Positions 31,609 to 40,059 of a DNA stretch of 64,000 bases are shown in pieces. The position numbers and the translations under genes are program-made. Location of the stretch: NCBI GenBank assembly GCA_963711565.1, contig CAVQEQ010000001.1, forward strand, positions 1,216,001-1,280,000, read 5' to 3'. The DNA is from an uncultured delta proteobacterium. GTDB lineage: Bacteria > Desulfobacterota > Binatia > Binatales > Binataceae. Numbering within the stretch: the first letter of the stretch is position 1; every line of letters begins with the position of its first letter. The notes below the pieces were generated by a model that saw only the letters and a program-made list of their open reading frames with translations, made no database searches and was not told where the DNA came from.

Positions 31609-32628
31609 CTATGATCTGAAGTTCAGCCCGCGCGCTTCGATCTCGGTGGTGAAACCGGCAGAGCGGGACAGCTTATGGCGCGCCGACTGGATCAAGTAAT
31701 TGCCGTCGTAGGTTCCCCAGCCATCGAGCGTCACGATCGCCCCGCCGGTCATCGTCACATTGCCGGGAATTTCCAGCGTCGCCGTCGCCTGGAGCATGTT
31801 GCGCCGATGCAGCTCCGCGGCTGCCTTCAGCGCGGCCTGCTGGCCGTTCTCGCAGCGGCGTATCAACTTGATGGTATCGCCGGTGGGAACGGCCGGTGAA
31901 GCCTCGGCGGTCGCGCTTATCAGCGCCTTGGTGTCGGGGTCGAAATAATTAATCTGCGCCGCCTTATAGATGAGGTGCGTTTTCGCCTTGAAGTTGAAAC
32001 TCAGTACGTCGCCGCGATGCAGGATGCCGGTAGCCGGGCGCTGCTCCAGCGCCGGCCGCGAATAGAATACCATCTGCGTGCCGCGCATCGTAAACTCGTA
32101 GTTGTGTTCTCTCGCGATCCGATGTAGGAACCCAAGGTCCGATTCCTGATTCTGCCGAAGGGCCATGAAACTCACGTCTGGGTTGACGGCCTCACCGCTG
32201 ACCGAGAATCCGTGCGCGGTCGCGATGGTCCGCGCCGCTTGAAGGAGCGTTTGACCATCGTAAGCTGTGGACTTCGGGGTGCGTATCGCGGGCGTGATAT
32301 ATGCCGCGATGCATCGCAGGTGCACTGCATCGGGCGCGCCCTTAAGCTCGACTTCATCGACCTGAAAAGATGGGCACGGCGCCAATCTCTCATTACGGTA
32401 GCCCATCGAGACATCAACCAGATCGCCGCGCTGCGGAAACCACGGCCCCTGCCATCGCTTATCGCGATCCTCAAGCTCGATTTCCAAGTCAGGCGCCGCG
32501 CCGCCGGCGTGCGACGTATAGATGATCGAGAGCACCATCTTTTCGATCGCGCCGGTAATCCCTACGCCTCGATAGCTGACTGTCCAGGCGGGCGCGCGGA
32601 CCGCGTATGTAGTGACGCCTGCCATCAT
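31609..32628 (-). CDS. Contractile tail baseplate hub, P2 gpD / Mu gp44 family
   Basis: LEIELEDRDKRW...FQVDEVE...QNQESDLGFLHRIAREHNY...GNYLIQSARHKLSRSAGFTTEIE. Confidence 0.88.
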   Translation of the reverse strand: MMAGVTTYAVRAPAWTVSYRGVGITGAIEKMVLSIIYTSHAGGAAPDLEIELEDRDKRWQGPWFPQRGDLVDVSMGYRNERLAPCPSFQVDEVELKGAPDAVHLRCIAAYITPAIRTPKSTAYDGQTLLQAARTIATAHGFSVSGEAVNPDVSFMALRQNQESDLGFLHRIAREHNYEFTMRGTQMVFYSRPALEQRPATGILHRGDVLSFNFKAKTHLIYKAAQINYFDPDTKALISATAEASPAVPTGDTIKLIRRCENGQQAALKAAAELHRRNMLQATATLEIPGNVTMTGGAIVTLDGWGTYDGNYLIQSARHKLSRSAGFTTEIEARGLNFRS

Positions 32629-34604
32629 TCAAGATCGGTTCGACTCTTTTCAGCGAGTCGCCGCTCTACCGCTTTCACAAGTTCATAGCGATGCTTTTCA
32701 AACGCCGCCACAACCATTTTCTCAAGCGCCGAAGTATCCGATCCGACTGGAGCATTGATCGTAATCGGGGCGTTGATGATGATTCCGCCGCTAGCGCCAG
32801 GCACGCCCGCGGCCATCGCGCCGCCCGCGCCCGCCGCGACGATAGTCGTGCTCGCGATCGCGGCGGCCGCGGCCGTCCGCCGTATCGCGGCGATCACCGG
32901 CGAAGGCCGGATATGCTCAGCAACCGTTTCCGCAATTGTGATGTGCTCGCCGAGATGGCTCAGCGGGCCGACTTTGGGCGGCGAATGCCCCTCGAAGTAG
33001 CCCAGGATTCCGCTGCCGATTTTCTCGCACGCGGCCTTGATCGAATCCCAATGCTTATAAATCTCGACGCCGATTAGTCCGAACGGCCCCGCGATTCCCA
33101 TCAGCACCGCTTCGCCAACGGTTTTGGCCCAGCCCATCGTCCAGTTGCCGACGCTGGTGAAGATACTCATCACGCCCGACCACAGACCGGAAAAGAAAGA
33201 CTTGATTCCCGACCAATGCTCGTAAATTTCGTAGCCGGCGACCGCGAGTGCAGCCGCGCCGACAACAACCAATCCCATCGGGCTGATCATCGCCCCCAAA
33301 ATCGTTGGGACGGCCTTCAAAATCGTCGGAACATAGCTCAGCGCCTTCATCGCGTTGCCGATACCGATGGTCGCCATGCCGAACGTCGAGAGCGCGGACG
33401 CTGCGCCGCTGAGGCCCACCCCGGCAACCGATAAACCGATAACCAGACCCTTGGTGGCCCACGAATATTTGTCGCTCGCCGCGGTCGCGCCCTGGATCAA
33501 AGTGGTCAGCTCTCCAAATTTGGTCGAAAACCACGGCAGCGCCGGCGACGCCATCGAGTCGTAGAGGTTGTCGAGATTCTGATGCATCTTATCGAGCTGA
33601 TCGGCCGCGTCGCCCGTTGCCGTCGTGAAACCAATGCCCAGCGCGCCAGCCGCACTCGCGCCTCTGCGTGCGGCTGCGGTAACCTTGTCCAGGCTGTCCA
33701 GATATTTGATCAGTCCGCCCGGATCGCCGATGCCCATCTCCTTCAGCGCTTCGATCTTCTCCATCGAGGGCATGGCCGCGAGGTTTTCGCGTAGCTGTGT
33801 CAGTCCGCCGATAATTCCTTTTTGCCAATCGACGCCGCTTTTACCGCTGTCAACCAGATCCTTAATCATCGAGGCGAACCTGATCGCGCCCCGTCCGCCG
33901 CCGCCGAACTGCTGGCTGGCTTCGCCGGCCAGTGCGAGCAACTCCGAAAATGAAGTATGGGTTTCCGCAGCCGTACCGCCCAACTGCCCTACCGCCTGGG
34001 CCAATTGCTGTGTGCTTTCTTTTCCAACGTTGAACTGCGTCGTCATTTTGAAAAATTGATCGCCCGCAGTCTGTGCATCGACGCCGAAATTGGTAGACGC
34101 AGCACCAAACAAGTTCGCCGCCGCCGCACCATCGACGCCGAACCTGGTGAGCATCGCCGCCGAGTCCTCAGCGGCCATGGCTTTGTTCGTATCCTGGAAG
34201 ATCGCGCGCATCCGCGTGAAGCCGGAGACCCACTCCTCGGCCGTGGCGCCCGCATGCGTACCTGAAAAAGCGACGGCATGTTCCTTCAGCTTCGCGAGTT
34301 CTCCACCGGCGAGGCCCGTCATCGCGGCCGTAGTCGCGAGCGATTTCTGCATCGCAAATGCGGGCTCGCTGATCGCGTCGCTCAGCTCGTGCAGATGGTC
34401 CGCGCCGTCCTTCATCAGAGCCGCGTCGAGCGAGATCCGCTCGCCGAACCTGGTCAGACCCTCCCCTGCCGCATCGATCTTGCCGGCAAACTCCTGAACT
34501 TTATCTCCGAGGTTCAGGAATCCGCCGCCGAACGAGCTGAGCTTGTCGCTCAGCTGATCGATCGCCTTGAACTCGACGCCATAGGTGATCATTTTGTCGG
34601 CCAT
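32625..34604 (-). CDS. Phage tail tape measure protein
   Basis: 659 aa, Ala/Gly-rich helical; AIDQLS N-terminus; IYEHWSGIKSFFSGLW and IYKHWDSIK repeats; HSPPKVGPL; IIINAPITINA. Confidence 0.88.
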   Translation of the reverse strand: MADKMITYGVEFKAIDQLSDKLSSFGGGFLNLGDKVQEFAGKIDAAGEGLTRFGERISLDAALMKDGADHLHELSDAISEPAFAMQKSLATTAAMTGLAGGELAKLKEHAVAFSGTHAGATAEEWVSGFTRMRAIFQDTNKAMAAEDSAAMLTRFGVDGAAAANLFGAASTNFGVDAQTAGDQFFKMTTQFNVGKESTQQLAQAVGQLGGTAAETHTSFSELLALAGEASQQFGGGGRGAIRFASMIKDLVDSGKSGVDWQKGIIGGLTQLRENLAAMPSMEKIEALKEMGIGDPGGLIKYLDSLDKVTAAARRGASAAGALGIGFTTATGDAADQLDKMHQNLDNLYDSMASPALPWFSTKFGELTTLIQGATAASDKYSWATKGLVIGLSVAGVGLSGAASALSTFGMATIGIGNAMKALSYVPTILKAVPTILGAMISPMGLVVVGAAALAVAGYEIYEHWSGIKSFFSGLWSGVMSIFTSVGNWTMGWAKTVGEAVLMGIAGPFGLIGVEIYKHWDSIKAACEKIGSGILGYFEGHSPPKVGPLSHLGEHITIAETVAEHIRPSPVIAAIRRTAAAAAIASTTIVAAGAGGAMAAGVPGASGGIIINAPITINAPVGSDTSALEKMVVAAFEKHRYELVKAVERRLAEKSRTDLE

Positions 34605-34617
34605 CGGACTTTGACTC

Positions 34618-34908
34618 CTATCGGATCGCGTCCTTGCGGAACTCTTCGCGCATCGCGTGGAGCTGACGCGCCAACTCCGCGATCTCCTCGTCAGTCGGCA
34701 GACGCGACATCAGCCCATGCATTCCCTCTCGAAACACCTGAGCGTGGACCGCCTCAACTTCCGGCGAAAACTCCATCTCTCCGATCGCCTCGATCGTTCC
34801 GAGGATAAGATTCATCGGCCGGCGAAAGCCCGACTCGACGCGCGCCGCCATCTCGTCCATAACCTCGGCGAGCGGCCCATGATTTTTCTTTTTTCCCGGC
34901 TTCCCCAC
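34618..34908 (-). CDS. Hypothetical protein upstream of the tape measure gene
   Basis: GTG start after GAGG; 96 aa, helical. Confidence 0.55.
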   Translation of the reverse strand: MGKPGKKKNHGPLAEVMDEMAARVESGFRRPMNLILGTIEAIGEMEFSPEVEAVHAQVFREGMHGLMSRLPTDEEIAELARQLHAMREEFRKDAIR

Positions 34909-35142
34909 CCCTCACCTCGTCCTAGCCGTGATTCACGGCCACAGAGCGCGCCGCAAGCGCGGCGATCGCTATTCCTGAGAGTCCTTCAAACAAAGCGCGC
35001 GCGCTTTGCTGGCGGCCCGTGCCGCCCCGTTTCGTCGGCGCGGCGACCTCACACCCGTCGAAGCCGTTAGTAACGGGCACAGCGCCCGTCGCAAGCGCGG
35101 CGCGAGCCATCCGCGCCGCGAGTCTCCCTAAAGAAAATAAGG

Positions 35143-35344
35143 TGCTGGCGGCGCGTGCGACTACGGGAGGAGTTGTCCCGAAGCCGCCAGCCGCCCAAGG
35201 CGATGCGGTGATATGAGTCCGCACGCCGCCAGCGAGTCGAATGTGAGGAAATGCTGGCGGCGCGGGCGACTTTGGAGGAGTAGTCCAAAGTCCATCCGCC
35301 GCCCAAGGCGATGCAGTGACACCTCCGCATGCCGCCAGCGAGTC
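35143..35344 (-). ncRNA. Candidate tandem structured RNA (two ~95-nt units)
   Basis: Direct repeats at 35143-35238 and 35252-35344, each closed by a GCTGGCGGC/GCCGCCAGC stem with a covarying inner hairpin. Confidence 0.6.
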
Positions 35345-35567
35345 TAAAAACAGATGCGCGCGCCGCCGGCGAACCGGAACGTCGGACGGCGCGCTCAGCG
35401 CGCCGCGACCTTTCGACGCGCGCAAGATTGGGATGCCGGCGGGAAGATGAGATGCGCAGCGCCGACGGCATTGCACCATGCGCCACGTATCGCGAGGCGG
35501 AGAACCTACTACTAGAACCCCCCCCGCATCCCGCCGGCAAGCAAATCATTTTTTTGCGGCGTTCCGA

Positions 35568-35975
35568 CTACGGCAGTTCCAGAATGACCAGGCCCGTTTG
35601 CGTATCCGGCGTGCAGCTCGCGCTCGCCGTGATGAAGCTGTACGGACCGCTCGGAACGATCGAATCGTGAACGTCCCAACTCTTCGATGCGCCTGCCGCC
35701 AATAAATAGCCCTGGCCGAACACCGCCGCAGTGCCGCGAAACTGAATGGTCACAGCGCTCGCGCACTGGTTCTGAATCTCCAGATGCTCCACGAATTGAG
35801 GCTGCGAAAGCGACGAATTAACTGAGACGGCGGTCGCGCTGGCCGCGATCGGCGTGTACACGCCAGTCGTCAGCGCAGTCGGATTTGCGAAAGCAAATGC
35901 TTGAGCTGCCGAGAGCAGCATCGCCGCTACTACTGCGAAAACTGTTTTCCTCATCCTCATCCCCATCATCCTCAC
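35568..35975 (-). CDS. Secreted beta-rich hypothetical protein
   Basis: Signal peptide MRKTVFAVVAAMLLSAAQAFA; LEIQNQC...GYLLAAGAS; two Cys. Confidence 0.75.
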   Translation of the reverse strand: MRMMGMRMRKTVFAVVAAMLLSAAQAFAFANPTALTTGVYTPIAASATAVSVNSSLSQPQFVEHLEIQNQCASAVTIQFRGTAAVFGQGYLLAAGASKSWDVHDSIVPSGPYSFITASASCTPDTQTGLVILELP

Positions 35976-36014
35976 TTTATTGCCGCCGATTTTTCTGGCG
36001 GAGTTTTCAGACCG

Positions 36015-36500
36015 TCAAACTTTGCGACCCTCGCGATCGTCGCGTTCCGGGTAGGGCGGCACCATTCGTTCCAGGAGCTGCATGACATAGAGCGCTCCGT
36101 CGAGAAGCCGATCGTACATCTCGCCGTCGTCGCTATTAGTGTCGCAGTCCTTCAGTGCGGAGATGGCTGCGTCTCGAAGTTCGAGATCCGAAGCGCTTTC
36201 CGCAAACTTGGGATCGGCGTCATAGGCGGCCTTGTGCGCGCGATCAACTTCCTGATGCGATAGAGATAGTCCCGGTTTACCCACACTCGCCCGCGCGGTC
36301 TCCCCGCCAGACTGTCGAGCGAGCGCCGCGGCAAATGCGCGACGGCCTATGCCGAAAGACCGCGCTACGGCCAATTCATCTCGCGTCAAGCCGTGGGTAT
36401 TTTCTGATCGCGAGAGGCGCGCGACCCTCGTCGCTAGCTGTTCGGGCGGGATTCCGAAGGTCGCCGCGATCTTCTTTTGGTCCGCGGTAAGAGTACTCAT
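36015..36500 (-). CDS. Protein with two Mu gpI/Z scaffold-like C-terminal motifs
   Basis: AGGAG RBS before ATG 36500 (in-frame upstream ATG at 36611); LTADQKKIAATFGIPPEQL and LTRDELAVARSFGIGRRAF. Confidence 0.6.
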   Translation of the reverse strand: MSTLTADQKKIAATFGIPPEQLATRVARLSRSENTHGLTRDELAVARSFGIGRRAFAAALARQSGGETARASVGKPGLSLSHQEVDRAHKAAYDADPKFAESASDLELRDAAISALKDCDTNSDDGEMYDRLLDGALYVMQLLERMVPPYPERDDREGRKV

Positions 36501-36628
36501 CAAATTCTCCTGATTGCGGCTGCCCCGAGCCGTCCTCGTTTCATGGGCTGTCAGCGGACTGAGGACTCCGTCGTAACAGGTCTCGATCTCATCTGGCCGA
36601 AATTCCCTCATCTCTCAAAATTCCGCGC

Positions 36629-37249
36629 TTACCACTGGCGGTGATGCGTGCCCTCGCCGCGCTCGCGCCGAGCGTCGTTATCCCGTTCGTGCTGAATCGC
36701 CGCGGCTTCCCGTTTTTCGAGCCCTTCGATGTGCGCGTTGGTCAGGATGCCGGGAACCTCTCTGCGCGTGACTTCGCGGTCGCCCAGCTTCACGGAAGAG
36801 ACCCGAATAGCGCTGATCCGATCTCCATCTCGGAAAAACTTCTTGAGCCCGTCGATCTCCTCTGCGGTCCAACTCGCCTGCTGAAATACAGGATGAGTTC
36901 GATACAACTCTTCCTGGAAGCTGGGCGCCTTTTCCGGGATGCTCAGTCGCCGGCAAGCCTCTTCCATCTCGAAGACCTTGCTCCGAAGGGTGTTTAGATC
37001 GGCACCGTTTCGGATCAGATCGTCGATCATCTTTGAGTGCGAAGCCATGTTGCCCACGGCGGCGCGTTCCCGCTCAGAAGTCGGAAACTTCAGCGCCGCG
37101 ATGCGCGCCCGCGCCGCTTTGACGATCTCGATCGGATCGCGCGCTTGTCGGAGCCGCTCAGTTGCTTCATCGCAATCCGTCGCCATCGCCTTGACCAGAG
37201 TTCCGTTCTCCGGAGCCTGAGCCTCGTTGTTCTCTTCCGCCGCCTTCAT
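36629..37249 (-). CDS. Hypothetical protein
   Basis: 206 aa; ATGA-coupled to the gemA-like gene; GAGGTG RBS. Confidence 0.75.
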   Translation of the reverse strand: MKAAEENNEAQAPENGTLVKAMATDCDEATERLRQARDPIEIVKAARARIAALKFPTSERERAAVGNMASHSKMIDDLIRNGADLNTLRSKVFEMEEACRRLSIPEKAPSFQEELYRTHPVFQQASWTAEEIDGLKKFFRDGDRISAIRVSSVKLGDREVTRREVPGILTNAHIEGLEKREAAAIQHERDNDARRERGEGTHHRQW

Positions 37250-38115
37250 AGGTCACCTCTCGTCGAATTTTTATTCCGCGGGCCGCGAACCGCGCCCGGA
37301 GTTTCTGTCTCGTCCGCGTCGGCCTTCAACGCCGAGCGCATGCCTTCTGCGATCGTCCGATCCACTTCCGCGACGCGCCCGACGAGCCAAAACAGCTCGC
37401 CCCGAACCTTCTTAAAGTCCCATTTCAAAAGAGCTTGCCGGGCTCTCTCCCCAAACTCGCGCACCAGGTCCGCGACTTGCGCCGCGATCTGCGCGTCGGC
37501 GAAATTCTGCGCGTCGAGAAGCACCAGGACGTTGCGGATTCCCTCGATCGGAGTCCCGGCTTCACCGACCAGGCGCATCGCGTCGAATACGCCGGCCTTC
37601 ACGATCGCGCTCGCGGGGATCGCGACCGCGGCCGGCTGGTTCTCCGCGATCGGGTGTTTGATCAGCCACTTTTTGCGCCAGCCCTTGAGCGCTTCGATCA
37701 CCTTGTTCGCATCAGTCGCGTCGAGCCACTGAAGCCTCTCGACGCCGGTGATTTTCCGCACGAATTTTTGCAGCCATCGTCCGGTCGAATTGGCCTTGAC
37801 CGCGCCGACGCGCTCCAGCTCATATGCACAAACGAGCAATTTCTTGAGATGCTGCGCGCCCGGAGATTTCGGATCGATGCGAATCCAATCGTCCTCGCGA
37901 GCGCGCGGCGGTGCCGAGTTAAATCCCTTGCGCGCAAATTCGTCGAGCAGCGCGCGTCGCTCCGCCTCTGTCATGTTCGCCGACGAATCGGTGCGCCCTT
38001 TCGTGATACGCTCGATCATCATGCGATACGCTTCATCGTCCAGGCAGAGCTGTTTTTTCGCGAGATGAATCTTCGCGAGTTCAGCCTGTCGGATTTTCTG
38101 CGGCGGCGTTCTCAT
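37246..38115 (-). CDS. gemA: Mu GemA/gp16 (DUF1018) family protein with C-terminal extension
   Basis: LAKIHLAKKQLCLDDEAYRMMIERIT...SSANMTEAER...GVERLQWL...KVIEALKGW. Confidence 0.85.
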   Translation of the reverse strand: MRTPPQKIRQAELAKIHLAKKQLCLDDEAYRMMIERITKGRTDSSANMTEAERRALLDEFARKGFNSAPPRAREDDWIRIDPKSPGAQHLKKLLVCAYELERVGAVKANSTGRWLQKFVRKITGVERLQWLDATDANKVIEALKGWRKKWLIKHPIAENQPAAVAIPASAIVKAGVFDAMRLVGEAGTPIEGIRNVLVLLDAQNFADAQIAAQVADLVREFGERARQALLKWDFKKVRGELFWLVGRVAEVDRTIAEGMRSALKADADETETPGAVRGPRNKNSTRGDL

Positions 38116-38363
38116 CACGGTTCTGAATCCTTGACCTGCTTGATCGTCGCTCCCGTCACTTCCCGCTCCGCCAGCCAAGCCAACACGCGCGCGCGCGAAT
38201 ATCGGACCACTGCTTTCGAGACCTGGAAGTAAGGCGGCCCCGATCCCTCGCGCCGCATACGCTTGAATGTTTCGTCCGCAACCCCTATGAGCCGCGCGCA
38301 CTCTTCCTGGGAAATGATCTCATCATTGAGCGATAGCGCCGGTCTGTTTGTTTCGTCCGACAT
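38115..38363 (-). CDS. AlpA/excisionase-like HTH protein
   Basis: EECARLIGVADETFKRMRREGSGPPYFQVSKAVVRYSRARVLAWL. Confidence 0.85.
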   Translation of the reverse strand: MSDETNRPALSLNDEIISQEECARLIGVADETFKRMRREGSGPPYFQVSKAVVRYSRARVLAWLAEREVTGATIKQVKDSEP

Positions 38364-38891
38364 TTAGCTCTTTGCCGTTTTCCGCGTTCGCGCGGCTACC
38401 CTCGGGCATGTCGTTTCCAGCAGCGCCAATGCGATCGATGCGCGTAGAATCAATTCCCCGCAAAGCTCCGATGATGGGACTTCGTCCTCGCCCACATGCC
38501 ACGTTAAGGCAGCACAACCCTCGATATATCGCGATCCGAGAGCGGTGGTCGGTGCGTTCCCAATCTCATAGAGGTTACGACTACAGTTTTCGTGAACTGA
38601 GAAGACCATTTCTTCTAAGAGCCGGCGCAGCTTGCTAAAAGCGTCGGTGGTATTCTGAGATGCCTTTCCGATCGAAATCGTGATCTGATCGCGCGCTGGG
38701 CACCATTGGTCTATGTGCCGAAAATGCCTCGCCGATCTGAGCACCGGCCATGCCGTCGCCCAAACGTCATCGTATTTGGCGCGAGCGACGATGAACGCTT
38801 GGAGCGCGGACCGCACTTTGCCGATAGTCGCCGGATCTAAAATGCTTTCCGGTTTGAAGAGCGGGGTTGTTTTTTGCTCGGCTTTTTTCAC
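38364..38891 (-). CDS. Hypothetical protein
   Basis: GTGA overlap with the upstream gene; stop abuts the next ATG. Confidence 0.6.
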   Translation of the reverse strand: MKKAEQKTTPLFKPESILDPATIGKVRSALQAFIVARAKYDDVWATAWPVLRSARHFRHIDQWCPARDQITISIGKASQNTTDAFSKLRRLLEEMVFSVHENCSRNLYEIGNAPTTALGSRYIEGCAALTWHVGEDEVPSSELCGELILRASIALALLETTCPRVAARTRKTAKS

Positions 38892-39319
38892 GGCTGTCCT
38901 CCTCTCTGACGTTCCACGAACGCGCCCAATCGAGCGAGCCGTTTGTCGCATGAGACAATTTGTGCCGCGCACTCCGCGCGCAGATCGCGCAGCGCGGAGA
39001 TTTCTAAATTCGGGTCAAGCGTGAGCCCCTTCCTGCCAACCCTCGGAGCAAAAGGTCCGGTGTTGCGGATCAGCGCATAGACGCTGCCATCGCAGCCGCG
39101 CGCATGCTCGGCAACTCTCAGATAACCCGCGCGCGTCAAGTCCTGGAGGAAGCGCTCAGCCGCCTTGCGCCCCGCGATCTCGGCGACTTGAATCAGATCG
39201 CGAATGTGGAACTGCCGAAGGATGCGCATCGCGCGCCACATTCGTTCGCGCGCGGCGCTCGGCGCGCCGGCGAGATTCACGCCGGCGCCGCGTCCACGTT
39301 TATTTTTGACGGTTTCCAT
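38888..39319 (-). CDS. Transposable-phage early winged-helix protein
   Basis: ARERMWRAMRILRQF...LTRAGYLR...YALIRNTGPFAP, a motif set I associate with the gene after MuB in Mu/B3-like phages. Confidence 0.75.
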   Translation of the reverse strand: METVKNKRGRGAGVNLAGAPSAARERMWRAMRILRQFHIRDLIQVAEIAGRKAAERFLQDLTRAGYLRVAEHARGCDGSVYALIRNTGPFAPRVGRKGLTLDPNLEISALRDLRAECAAQIVSCDKRLARLGAFVERQRGGQP

Positions 39320-40059
39320 CAGGCCGCCGCCGCCGCGAGATCAGCGCGCCGGTTGACTGGCGGCGGCGTCGAATCGTCCATCGGATAATCCGCCAGCGCG
39401 ATCTGCTTGAGCGCCCGCCTGCGGCAGAACGCTTCCACCGCCGCCAGCTCCTTGACGAACAGTCCGGCCGATCCGCGCGTCTTTTTGTGAAGCGCCTCGA
39501 TCAGGTCATCGCCGAGCCGCACTTCGGCCAGCTCGGTCGCGAGCAGCCTGCTATCGTCGAGCGTGGAACTCTTAAATTCTACTTCGCGGAGTATCCGCCG
39601 CTCGATTTGCTCACGCCGCTTTATTTTTCCGCGAAATTCCGCGGTACCGCCAATGAGGACAAGCGGAATCGCCGTCATGTCGTGAATGGCGCGCAGAGTC
39701 TCGACGAGATCCTTTTTCTCTACGATCCCGTCGGCTTCATCGACATAAATCGGCCGCGGCAGATCCGTCAGGCCGCGCACGATTGTCTCGTACATCGGCC
39801 GCAGTTCCCGCGATGGCTTTTCGCCCATCTCGCGGCAAATGTCGCTGAGCATCCAGCGCGGATTCCACAAATGAAGTGCCGTCAGAAAGATCGCGCCCTG
39901 CTTCAGAGCCTGATGCGCAGCGATGCAGGTCTTTCCTCTTCCGCTTCCGCTGCTATGAATCAGGATGATGCCCGGTAGCGATGGATCGCGCGCGATCGCC
40001 GCGGCGATGGCACCGATTCCCGCCTTGTAATTACTCGTCGCACAGATTTTTACCCGCAT
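39319..40059 (-). CDS. MuB-like AAA+ transposition ATPase
   Basis: GSGRGKT Walker A, IYVDEAD Walker B, LRAIHDMTAIPLVLIG. Confidence 0.9.
   Translation of the reverse strand: MRVKICATSNYKAGIGAIAAAIARDPSLPGIILIHSSGSGRGKTCIAAHQALKQGAIFLTALHLWNPRWMLSDICREMGEKPSRELRPMYETIVRGLTDLPRPIYVDEADGIVEKKDLVETLRAIHDMTAIPLVLIGGTAEFRGKIKRREQIERRILREVEFKSSTLDDSRLLATELAEVRLGDDLIEALHKKTRGSAGLFVKELAAVEAFCRRRALKQIALADYPMDDSTPPPVNRRADLAAAAA

Noticed and set aside
31609-34604. Tailocin, eCIS or T6SS locus
   Set aside because: No sheath, tube, spike, wedge or lysis genes, so no particle can be built from this locus alone
34885-34900. Slippery G-GGA-AAA-AAG in the gene before the tape measure, as a lambda G/GT-type frameshift
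   Set aside because: It falls in codons 4-7 rather than near the 3' end, and no downstream extension frame is evident
35143-35344. Tandem units as tRNA genes
   Set aside because: No TTC T-loop, D-loop GG pattern or CCA end, despite the 7-nt loops
34922-35549. ORFs of 185 and 160 aa over the structured region
   Set aside because: Low-complexity translations with no RBS; the repeat units differ by indels and show base-pair covariation, which favours non-coding structure
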